Shown here piece after piece: positions 39,321-47,771 of a stretch of 64,000 nucleotides of DNA (position 1 is its first letter; each line of letters opens with the position of its first letter). This stretch comes from an uncultured Butyrivibrio sp. (lineage in GTDB: Bacteria; Bacillota; Clostridia; Lachnospirales; Lachnospiraceae): NCBI GenBank assembly GCA_947168935.1, contig CAMVNV010000002.1:683-64682 (forward strand). The letters are read 5' to 3'. Made by a program: the position numbers and the translations under genes. The notes below the pieces were generated by a model. It was not told the DNA's origin and searched no databases. It saw nothing but the letters and a program-made list of their open reading frames with translations.

Positions 39321-39346
39321 GTTTCACTCGTGACATGAGGTTACAC

Positions 39347-40042
39347 ATGAAGAATATCGCTATTATCCCCGCCAGAAGCGGATCTAAAGGAATCCCTGAT
39401 AAGAACATAAAAGCATTATATGGAAAGCCCCTTATAGCATGGTCTATAGAAGCCGCACTTAAGTCTAAGATGTACGATACAGTTATGGTATCTACAGACT
39501 CAGAAAGATACGCAGATATAGCAAGAGGCTTTGGGGCAGAGGTACCTTTTTTACGAAGCTCTGAGAATTCATCCGATACATCGTCTTCCTGGGACGCTGT
39601 AAGAGAAGTTATCCAGGGGTATAAGAAACACGGACATAAGTTTGATACCTTCACACTTCTTCAGCCAACATCCCCTCTTCGAAGCGCTGATGATATCAAA
39701 GGCTCTTTTGCCCAGATGAAAGAAAAAAAGGCAAGAACCATAGTATCTGTATGTGAAACAGAGGATTCACCCTTTACCTGCAACACGCTCCCTGAGTCAA
39801 TGTCCATGAAAGATTTTTTCATAGAAGAGTACAAGAATACAAGGCGCCAGGATCTTCCCAAATGCTATAAATTAAACGGTGCTATCTATCTGTCCAAGGT
39901 AGATGAATTTTTAAAGGATGGAGATATATATTCCGGCGACTGCTATGCATATGTTATGGATGACAAGCATTCTGTAGATATTGATACAGACCTTGATTTT
40001 AAAATAGCGGAGCTACTGATTAAGGAGGTAGAAAGAGCATAA
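39347..40042 (+). CDS. neuA: CMP-nonulosonate synthetase (NeuA/LegF family)
   Basis: IIPARSGSKGIPDKN, VSTDS, LQPTSPLR, RRQDLP, NGAIY, SVDID. Start ATG 39347 after GAGG. Confidence 0.93.
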   Translation: MKNIAIIPARSGSKGIPDKNIKALYGKPLIAWSIEAALKSKMYDTVMVSTDSERYADIARGFGAEVPFLRSSENSSDTSSSWDAVREVIQGYKKHGHKFDTFTLLQPTSPLRSADDIKGSFAQMKEKKARTIVSVCETEDSPFTCNTLPESMSMKDFFIEEYKNTRRQDLPKCYKLNGAIYLSKVDEFLKDGDIYSGDCYAYVMDDKHSVDIDTDLDFKIAELLIKEVERA

Positions 40043-40044
40043 TT

Positions 40045-41790
40045 ATGAAGAAAAAGCTAGCGTTGATCCTTTCACTTATTATGACAGTAGGAGTATGTAG
40101 CATGCAGGTTAATCCAAAGATCGTAAAGGCAGCAGACGGTATTCAGCTTTTAGTTGAATCCATGACCACAGAGCAAAAGGTAGCCCAGATGATAATCCCC
40201 GCTTTCAGAGGCTGGGAATCCGGAGGTAAGTGGGTAGATGCAACTACCCTTACCAAAGAACAGATAGCTGTTCTTAAAAAATACAGCTTTGGCGGTGTGA
40301 TAGTATTTGGCCAGAATACGAAAGAAGCAGGCCAGACGACGGAGCTTATTGCTTCCATGCAGAAGGCTAATCTTGAGGGCGGCGCCTGCAGCTCTTTGTT
40401 TATTGCGATCGATCAGGAAGGCGGATACACTACCCGGCTTGGAACTGGAACATCCATGCCGGGCAACATGGCAATTGCTGCAACAGGCAATCCTGATAAT
40501 GCCTATATAGCTGCAGATGTTATTGGTAATGAACTGTCAGTTCAGGGAATCAATGTTGATTTTGCACCGGTAATGGATGTTAATAATAATCCGGCAAACC
40601 CTATAATAGGCGTTCGTTCTTTTTCTGATGACCCGAATATTGTGTCCAGTTTTGGCTCCCGCTTTATAGACGGTCTTCATAATAATGGCGTAATGGCTGC
40701 GCTTAAGCACTTCCCGGGCCATGGCGATACAGCTACTGACAGCCATACAGGACTTCCTCTTATTGATAAAAGCTATGAGCAGCTCAAAAAGACTGAGCTT
40801 GTTCCATTTTCAAGTGCCGCAGCATCGGCTGATTTTATTATGACAGCGCACATTCAGTTCCCACAGATAGAAAAAGAGACTTATACATCTATTTCCACTG
40901 GAGAGAAAGTCTTTCTTCCTGCAACTCTTTCCAAGACTATTCTTACTGATATTTTGAGAAAAGACATTGGATTTGGCGGAATAATTATTACGGATGCCAT
41001 GGAGATGGATGCTATTGAGAAGCACTTTGATCCAATGGATTCTGCAAGACTTGCCATTAATGCAGGTGCAAATATGCTTCTTATTCCTGTTGACATGTCT
41101 TCGAAAAAAGAGATCACTGAGATGGATAACTATATTAAAGGTATAGCCAACGCCATAAATTCAGGAAGCATCTCTTTGGAAAATGTTAATGATTCTGTAT
41201 ACCGAATTCTTTCAACCAAAGCAAAGTATGGCCTTTTAAATGATGATTCTTTAAATATCATCAGCAGCTCATCCCGCATTCAGCCATCAGCAGATCTTGC
41301 AAGGCTCGTAGTTGGCTCTAAGGACCATCATGATGTCGAGTGGAGTATTGCACTTCAGGCTATAACATCTATTAAGAATGACAATGCTTTTCCTATTGCT
41401 CCTGATAAAAAAGTTGTAGTTCTCTATCCACTTGAAAACCAAAAGAATTCCATCGACTATGCAATTAGTAAACTTGCGGAGGATGGTAAAAGCGTTAATG
41501 CAGCTAATATTACAAGCGTATGTACCAAGGACATGGGAGCAGCAGAACTTGAAGAAGCGATAAAGAGTGCTGGTGTTGTGATAATGATAACAGCCACCTA
41601 TTCTGCTGAAGTATCAAATGCAGATGTGATCCACTATCTTATCGCTAAGACCCACGAAAAGGGTGGTAAGTTCATAGTGCTTAGTTCGCAGCTTCCATAT
41701 GATCTGGCTTCCTTCCCTGAAGCTGATGCTCTTATCGCCTGCTACAATTCAAGAGGCATGGACCAGTTCCCGACAGGTCAGCCAGGATAG
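40045..41790 (+). CDS. Secreted GH3 beta-N-acetylhexosaminidase (NagZ-like), truncated by a premature TAG
   Basis: Signal peptide, IDQEGG, FAPV.D, KHFPGHGD..TDSH, MTAH, ITDAM. The conserved tail continues in frame to 41880. Confidence 0.85.
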   Translation: MKKKLALILSLIMTVGVCSMQVNPKIVKAADGIQLLVESMTTEQKVAQMIIPAFRGWESGGKWVDATTLTKEQIAVLKKYSFGGVIVFGQNTKEAGQTTELIASMQKANLEGGACSSLFIAIDQEGGYTTRLGTGTSMPGNMAIAATGNPDNAYIAADVIGNELSVQGINVDFAPVMDVNNNPANPIIGVRSFSDDPNIVSSFGSRFIDGLHNNGVMAALKHFPGHGDTATDSHTGLPLIDKSYEQLKKTELVPFSSAAASADFIMTAHIQFPQIEKETYTSISTGEKVFLPATLSKTILTDILRKDIGFGGIIITDAMEMDAIEKHFDPMDSARLAINAGANMLLIPVDMSSKKEITEMDNYIKGIANAINSGSISLENVNDSVYRILSTKAKYGLLNDDSLNIISSSSRIQPSADLARLVVGSKDHHDVEWSIALQAITSIKNDNAFPIAPDKKVVVLYPLENQKNSIDYAISKLAEDGKSVNAANITSVCTKDMGAAELEEAIKSAGVVIMITATYSAEVSNADVIHYLIAKTHEKGGKFIVLSSQLPYDLASFPEADALIACYNSRGMDQFPTGQPG

Positions 41791-41885
41791 CTCAAGTACG
41801 GAGCTAATATTCCGGCAGCTGTTTATGCAATCTTTGGCGGAAGCGATGTCACAGGTAAGCTTCCGATATCATTAAAATAATAGGG

Positions 41886-43103
41886 TTACTCCCAGATACT
41901 TGTAATGATCTGTGCAACGCGGTGTCTCCAGGTATGATGCTGCCTTACTCGTTCAAGTCCTGCCGTTGCGATCTTTTCCCGCTCGTCATCGTGAGACAGA
42001 TAGTACTTGCACTTATCAATTAGTTCTTCCTGGCTTCCATAGTATTCAGCCTCTTTTCCAATCTCGAAATATTCAGGAAGCTCTTCCTGATAATTGGTCA
42101 TAAGGAATCCTCCTGCTGCGCATATGTCAAATATGCGTAGTGGGAGCCCTGTTTCTATGGCCCTTAGGGTGATATTCAGGTTGATCTTGGCGTTGTTAAA
42201 TACAACCGGCATCTCAGTCAGAGTCTTGACACCGCTGTGAATATGGAGGTTGCCAAGCCCCTCATCACTTAAAGAGTCTGAGAGTGCCTTCGTATCAGAA
42301 TTGGTATAAAGGTCCACATCAAAGCTATTAGAAAGAGTAGTCAATGTTTCAAGCCTTTCTTTTTGCGCAAGCTCATATTCAATAAAATAGTGGACAGCCG
42401 TAAAGTGACGAAGCTTAGCATCGTCCATGATGCAGTTATCTTCATATCTTCCGGTAAACTTTGGATTAAGCTCATGAATCTGCTGGGATATATTTGCAGG
42501 AAGCGCTTTTTCCAAAAAGTTATAGCCATATACTTTCTGCTGACTTTCTATAAGGCCGTCAACATATCCTTGTGTGTGGTCGGGGAGCTTATCCTTGATC
42601 TGGGCATAAGGATTTTTTTCACTATATAAGGATCCAACCATGGCGATGGCAGCAGGATTTAAGTCTTTACGGCTGCTCTCGGATTTTATGGCCAGAGCCA
42701 CCTGATCAGGGTCACTTCCGAGTGGCAGATAGAAGATACATCCCGGATTATAGGCGTGAAGCATCACATACTGAGCTTTATCGAAGAGGAAGATCCTGTT
42801 GGTATCAAAGAGAACCGACTTATCGAAAAGCTCCATAACAGGGCAGTCTACGCTTTGGGCTATATAGATAATGCCGTATATGTGGCAGAGCTTTGAGATC
42901 ATAGGGAAGAAGTTGATACTAAAAACGGCATCAGGCTTATAAGACTCGATGGCAGCCTGCACTCTTTCTATATTTCCCTTGGCGGAATCCCTGGTTCCGC
43001 TTTTATCTTCCATGATCTCGTTTACATCAATGTTAAAGCTCTCTAGTGCGCTTATTATAGCGGGTTCACATATGCTGTTATATCTATAAAACAGTATCTT
43101 CAT
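41886..43103 (-). CDS. CgeB/DUF3880-type GT-B glycosyltransferase
   Basis: SINFFP, VDCP, YLPLG, EMPVVF..AKINLNIT, GLPLRIFDI..AGGFL. Confidence 0.85.
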   Translation of the reverse strand: MKILFYRYNSICEPAIISALESFNIDVNEIMEDKSGTRDSAKGNIERVQAAIESYKPDAVFSINFFPMISKLCHIYGIIYIAQSVDCPVMELFDKSVLFDTNRIFLFDKAQYVMLHAYNPGCIFYLPLGSDPDQVALAIKSESSRKDLNPAAIAMVGSLYSEKNPYAQIKDKLPDHTQGYVDGLIESQQKVYGYNFLEKALPANISQQIHELNPKFTGRYEDNCIMDDAKLRHFTAVHYFIEYELAQKERLETLTTLSNSFDVDLYTNSDTKALSDSLSDEGLGNLHIHSGVKTLTEMPVVFNNAKINLNITLRAIETGLPLRIFDICAAGGFLMTNYQEELPEYFEIGKEAEYYGSQEELIDKCKYYLSHDDEREKIATAGLERVRQHHTWRHRVAQIITSIWE

Positions 43104-43177
43104 CTGGATTGACCTCTCGAAAACTTAGTATGTGAAATTCAAATAAGAACCTTGTGTCGTATTATCTTCGTAACTTA

Positions 43178-44152
43178 TCAGTCGTCCCACACTTCTATAT
43201 ATTCATCATTCTTATAATCTTCCTGCACCATCTCCATGATCTGCCTTGCAGACAGCTTTTCCTGATATCTTGGATTATTGAAGATGTTGTCAGTATCCGG
43301 CCTTATGGCTTGATTTTTTTCAAAAGAGATGGCGTAGAAATCTTTGGAAAGCCAGTTATAATCCCTGTCGCTAATAACATCTTTGTCAAAAAACATTGCG
43401 CCGTATCTCATGGAATTCCAGCTTCTAAGTTTATAAGCATCCTTGTGATGTGTTAACACGTAGGTACCAAAAGTTTCAAATTCGCTAAAACCTGAATCCA
43501 TAAGCTCTGATGCAGAAAGACTCCTTAATATCTTTTCCCAGAAGGATGAGCCAGTGAGACCTGCGTTTGTTTCAATCTTACCAATCAGTTCTTTTACAAG
43601 CTCGCAGTCCATGATCATATGTTCTGAGATAAAAGACTTATTAAGGCACTTGGAAAGCCCCGGGATAAGTTTACCCATTGTATCAAAATATGGTTTATGG
43701 TATTCGTGTTTGGTATCAAAAAATGGAATGCCTTCATCAGAAAACATAGAAAACTCCTTGCAGGGAACTGTGTCTCCGTCCCAGACAAGATAGTATTTGT
43801 TGCTGGAAAATTGTGAATAGGCAAATTTGATGAACTGCTGATAATACCAGCCTGTTATGTTTCGCCCCGGGAGTTGACCGTTCGAGCCCTTGCTTACAAT
43901 TTCGCAGACCACTTCGTGAACAGAGTCAAAGTCAAGGATATCGTTCTCATTTATAAAACCGGCTTTCCTTATGGCGCTATCAACTGGATACTTTTCTTTT
44001 TCGTTTTCAAGAAGGTCAGAAATCTCGCTTCTTCCCACAAAAAATACTCTGTCAGCAGGAAGAAGGCGGCACATTCTTTCATGGTGACCTGTCATTCTCT
44101 TAAAATCATCAGGGGTTTGAACTATGATCGCATCGAATTTTATGTTATTCAC
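43178..44152 (-). CDS. DUF6492-like putative GT-A protein
   Basis: GWYYQQFIK, YLVWDGD (DxD), FISEHM, FSEFETFG. Confidence 0.7.
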   Translation of the reverse strand: MNNIKFDAIIVQTPDDFKRMTGHHERMCRLLPADRVFFVGRSEISDLLENEKEKYPVDSAIRKAGFINENDILDFDSVHEVVCEIVSKGSNGQLPGRNITGWYYQQFIKFAYSQFSSNKYYLVWDGDTVPCKEFSMFSDEGIPFFDTKHEYHKPYFDTMGKLIPGLSKCLNKSFISEHMIMDCELVKELIGKIETNAGLTGSSFWEKILRSLSASELMDSGFSEFETFGTYVLTHHKDAYKLRSWNSMRYGAMFFDKDVISDRDYNWLSKDFYAISFEKNQAIRPDTDNIFNNPRYQEKLSARQIMEMVQEDYKNDEYIEVWDD

Positions 44153-44195
44153 GATTTATCCTCTCGAACATAAATCAAAGTCGAATGCTACCGTG

Positions 44196-44390
44196 GTACC
44201 TATGATATGACGTAAGGGTCAAAAGTCATTTCGATTCGAGCTTGCTCGAAATCGAATATGAATTTATGACCCGCCAAACATGAGCAAAGTAGCACGTAGT
44301 GCGGATTTGCGAATGTTTGAGGATTGTGGGAGTTTCGTAGAAACGGAACAATCCGGTCGTCATATAGTGTCAAAAGGTACTTTTGACACT
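44196..44390. mobile_element. MITE/REP-like structured element with terminal inverted repeats
   Basis: ATATGACG/CGTCATAT ends enclosing three long hairpins (CGAGC-TT-GCTCG, GCAC-GTA-GTGC, TTTC-GTA-GAAA); adjacent AGTGTCAAAAG-GTA-CTTTTGACACT. Confidence 0.6.
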
Positions 44391-44484
44391 TACATCATGA
44401 TATAATAATAACATACATAACGATAATCCGTTAATATTGGCGTGTTTATAAATTCCAAACTCGCATAGGAGGGTACCTGGCCCT

Positions 44485-45498
44485 ATGGTAATACCAGATT
44501 CTTTTTTCAAGGAAGAGGTTCGGCACGGTTTTTTAGTATCTGAAGAGATGAAGCGTGCCTGGGCAGCTGAGATGAAAGTTCTTGATATGCTCATGGAATT
44601 TTGTAATAAAAACAATTTGAGGTGTTTCGCAGAATACGGAACACTTCTTGGTGCTGTGCGCCATAAGGGCTTTATCCCCTGGGATGATGACATTGACGTA
44701 TGTATGCTTCGCCCTGACTACAACTTCCTTATAGCTCATGCAGATGAGCTGCCCCCATCAATCCGTATTCAGAGTATCTATTCTTCAAACATGTTCCACA
44801 CATTTAAGGCAATTGCTACTAATAACCTTGGAGGTAAGCTTTCCTGGAGCCAGGAACGTATGGATGAGTTTTATGGCTGTCCATACGTTGTGGGCCTTGA
44901 TGTATATCCGCTTGACTATGTCCCCAGAGATGAGGGCAGTGCAAAACTTCAAAAGCTTATATACCAGCTTGCCTACAAGATGCTGTACATGTGCATAGAC
45001 CTTGAAAATATCTATGATGACCAGCTCAATACTACAACAGAGAACAACATATGCCTTTTAGACCTTGCCACAGGAGAAAACATTCCTATAGATAAAAAGC
45101 GGGAGTTCCTAACAGGAATCACAGAACTAGCCGATATACTAAAAAGATACTTCGGTGATTCATTTGTTTTAAATGAAAAAGGACCGATCCGCAATCAGCT
45201 TTGCAGGCTATGCGAAGCCCTGGCTCAGCTTTTTGATGAAAGCGAAGCAGATACAGTTTCCTATTACCCATATATAGCCACCGATAATATCCAGTCATGG
45301 CGCAAAAAAGAGTGGTATGATGATACGCTTTTATACCCCTTTGAGACCATGAGTGTACTTGGTGTCAGGAACTACGATGAGTGGCTTAGCCATAACTATG
45401 GCCCGAACTGGTACCTGCCTGTAAGGGGAACCCAGGTTCATGATTATCCATTTTACAAGGGCCAGAAAGAGTATTTTGAGATGATCGGAGCTATGTAA
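44485..45498 (+). CDS. licD: LicD-family phosphotransferase
   Basis: GTLLGAVRHKGFIPWDDDID, LDVYPLD, YPFE; paralogue of 7780-8754. Confidence 0.9.
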   Translation: MVIPDSFFKEEVRHGFLVSEEMKRAWAAEMKVLDMLMEFCNKNNLRCFAEYGTLLGAVRHKGFIPWDDDIDVCMLRPDYNFLIAHADELPPSIRIQSIYSSNMFHTFKAIATNNLGGKLSWSQERMDEFYGCPYVVGLDVYPLDYVPRDEGSAKLQKLIYQLAYKMLYMCIDLENIYDDQLNTTTENNICLLDLATGENIPIDKKREFLTGITELADILKRYFGDSFVLNEKGPIRNQLCRLCEALAQLFDESEADTVSYYPYIATDNIQSWRKKEWYDDTLLYPFETMSVLGVRNYDEWLSHNYGPNWYLPVRGTQVHDYPFYKGQKEYFEMIGAM

Positions 45499-45515
45499 AA
45501 GGAGCGGAGCGGTTT

Positions 45516-45875
45516 ATGAAAAGACTATTATATTACACTGATGTATTACCTCTTTTATCAAAAAAAGAAGCTGCCATAGATAAGCTTGAACGTAACCTCG
45601 AGATCTTTGCTTCAAACAAGGATAAGATCAGGGTTATCTGGCATCCATATGAAAAGAGCGAAGAGTACATGAAGCTCAACGATTTCGAACTTATGGATAA
45701 GTACAGGCAGATAATTGAAGACTATAAAAAGGACGGCTATGGAGACTTTGACGAAAGCGGTGACCTTAAGGCTCTGGCCGATTCCTGTGACGCATACTAT
45801 GGCGACTATTCTGATGCGGTGTACTACATGCAGGAAAGCAAAAAGCCTGTAATGATACAAAATATTGACATTTAA
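45516..45875 (+). CDS. Stand-alone C-terminal GT-B / CDP-glycerol-phosphotransferase-like domain
   Basis: VIWHP, CDAYYGD.S, KPVMIQN; GGAG RBS. Confidence 0.65.
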   Translation: MKRLLYYTDVLPLLSKKEAAIDKLERNLEIFASNKDKIRVIWHPYEKSEEYMKLNDFELMDKYRQIIEDYKKDGYGDFDESGDLKALADSCDAYYGDYSDAVYYMQESKKPVMIQNIDI

Positions 45876-45900
45876 GCCCAAGGGGCTCTGGAGGCGTTTA

Positions 45901-46554
45901 ATGGAACTGATGGCTTCTATGATGTGTGCAGATTTCAGCAATCTTGAAAGAGAAGTCAGGGCACTTGAAGATGCTGGCATAGATTCTTTTCATATCGATA
46001 TAATGGACGGACATTATGTCCCTAATTTTGCCATGTCTTTAAATGACCTCAAATTCATAGCAAGAGCTACCAGGAAGCCTCTGGATGTACATCTTATGGT
46101 GGAACAGCCCAACCATACCATAGATCTTTTCCTTGAAGTAATGCGCCCGGGGGATACAGTTTACATCCACCCCGAGGCTGAGTATCACGTATCAACCACC
46201 CTTCAGAAGATAATGAGCGCCAGGATGATCCCGGGAATCGCAGTTAACCCCGGAACCAGCGTTGAGACAGTTTATGAGATGCTAAGGATCGTTGATAAGG
46301 TCCTTGTTATGAGCGTTAATCCAGGCAATGCCGGCCAGATGTTCCTTCCATATGTTGGTGAAAAGATACCTAAGTTTGAGGAACTTAAAGCCGAGATGAA
46401 CTTCAAACTCTACTGGGACGGAGCATGTACTGCAGAGAGAGTCAAAAAATACGCTCACAACGGAATGGATGGTTTCGTTCTTGGTACATCGCTTTTGTTT
46501 GGACATGATAAGTCATATACAGAGCTTATCAAGGAAGTCAGAGCACTTGCATAA
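45901..46554 (+). CDS. rpe: Ribulose-phosphate 3-epimerase family (Rpe/AlsE)
   Basis: ASMMCAD, HIDIMDGHYVPN, DVHLM, NPGT, MSVNPG, WDG. Start ATG 45901 after GGAGG. Confidence 0.85.
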   Translation: MELMASMMCADFSNLEREVRALEDAGIDSFHIDIMDGHYVPNFAMSLNDLKFIARATRKPLDVHLMVEQPNHTIDLFLEVMRPGDTVYIHPEAEYHVSTTLQKIMSARMIPGIAVNPGTSVETVYEMLRIVDKVLVMSVNPGNAGQMFLPYVGEKIPKFEELKAEMNFKLYWDGACTAERVKKYAHNGMDGFVLGTSLLFGHDKSYTELIKEVRALA

Positions 46555-46582
46555 ATAGATTAAGAAAATGTGAGGGTAAAAG

Positions 46583-47674
46583 ATGAAAGCTCAGATACTA
46601 TACAATGTTAATGATATCTGTTACGAAGACACACAAGATCCTGTTCTTAGAGAGGGTCAGGTCCTTGTTAAAGTTCATGCAGCAGGCATTTGCGGATCTG
46701 ATATCCCCCGGATTTATGTAAATGGAACATACCATTTTCCAACAATTCCGGGACATGAATTTTCCGGAGAAGTTGTAGATACTTTTGAAGGAGAAGATAA
46801 GGACCTTTGTGGCAAAAGAGTAGGAATCTTCCCTCTTATTCCCTGCATGGAGTGTAGTCAGTGCCGCCAGGGCCATTATGAGATGTGCAAGCACTACGAC
46901 TACCTTGGCTCTAGAAGTGATGGGGGTTTTGCAGAGTACGTTGCAGTTCCTAAGTGGAATCTTATTGAGCTTCCTGATAGCGTAACCTACGAGCAGGCTG
47001 CAATGCTTGAGCCTATGGCTGTTGCGGTCCATGCTATTAGGAAGGCTTTTGAGCTTAAGGGCAATGGCTTTAGCCAAAAAGTCTTTGATGAAGGTGCGAA
47101 AGAATCCGGTGAATTTCCTGATTATTTCAAGATTGCTGTTACAGGCCTTGGTACTATAGGGCTTTTTATAGTCATGTTCCTTAAAAACATTGGATTTGAA
47201 AATGTATATGCTATTGGCAATAAGAATTTTCAGAAGGAAACAGCTCTCAATCTGGGAATAAGCGAAGACAAATACTATGACTATAAAAGTGTTTCAGATA
47301 GTATATTAAATAGTTTTGATCTTGTTTTTGAAGTTGCAGGCAGAAACGAAACTATCAATTTTTCTTTAGTACTGGCAGCTCCCAGCGGAAGTGTTTGCTT
47401 TGTAGGTAACCCTGAATCTGATATTTCTTTTGCCAAGGATGTGTACTGGATGATACTTAGAAAGCAGTTATCAATAACAGGAATCTGGAATTCATCCTTT
47501 ACCCGACAAGAAAATGATGACTGGCATTATGTCCTTGATCAGTTGTCCAAAGGGGCTATTCATCCTGAAAATCTCATAACCCACAGATTCTCTCTTGATA
47601 AACTTCAAGATGGTCTTGAACTTATGCATACCAAGAAAGAGAACTATATTAAGGTTATGTCTACTTTTCCCTAA
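46583..47674 (+). CDS. Zn-dependent polyol(-phosphate) dehydrogenase (GatD/TarJ-like MDR)
   Basis: GICGSD, GHEFSG, C..C..C.......C, GGFAEY, EP, GLGTIG. Confidence 0.88.
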   Translation: MKAQILYNVNDICYEDTQDPVLREGQVLVKVHAAGICGSDIPRIYVNGTYHFPTIPGHEFSGEVVDTFEGEDKDLCGKRVGIFPLIPCMECSQCRQGHYEMCKHYDYLGSRSDGGFAEYVAVPKWNLIELPDSVTYEQAAMLEPMAVAVHAIRKAFELKGNGFSQKVFDEGAKESGEFPDYFKIAVTGLGTIGLFIVMFLKNIGFENVYAIGNKNFQKETALNLGISEDKYYDYKSVSDSILNSFDLVFEVAGRNETINFSLVLAAPSGSVCFVGNPESDISFAKDVYWMILRKQLSITGIWNSSFTRQENDDWHYVLDQLSKGAIHPENLITHRFSLDKLQDGLELMHTKKENYIKVMSTFP

Positions 47675-47690
47675 ACCATAATAAATCTTC

Positions 47691-47743
47691 TTGACGAAAA
47701 TACTCTATAGATGCTATCCTATGGCTAGTTAAGCGGTAAACTA
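47691..47743 (+). promoter_or_regulatory. Sigma-A promoter and LacI operator of the LacI-GH31 unit
   Basis: TTGACG-N18-TATCCT, then TAGTTAAGCGGTAAACTA (47726-47743). Confidence 0.7.
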
Positions 47744-47771
47744 AAACGGCATTATTTGAACGAGGACGATT

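Noticed and set aside
41788-41790. Pyrrolysine or an alternative genetic code
   Set aside because: TAG and TGA end other intact genes normally in this window (for example legC and rnz), and no pyl genes are visible.
7780-47674. Phase variation by poly-G/C tracts as in Campylobacter glycosylation loci
   Set aside because: No long G/C homopolymer or short-sequence repeat seen in the coding regions; only short A/T runs expected from base composition.
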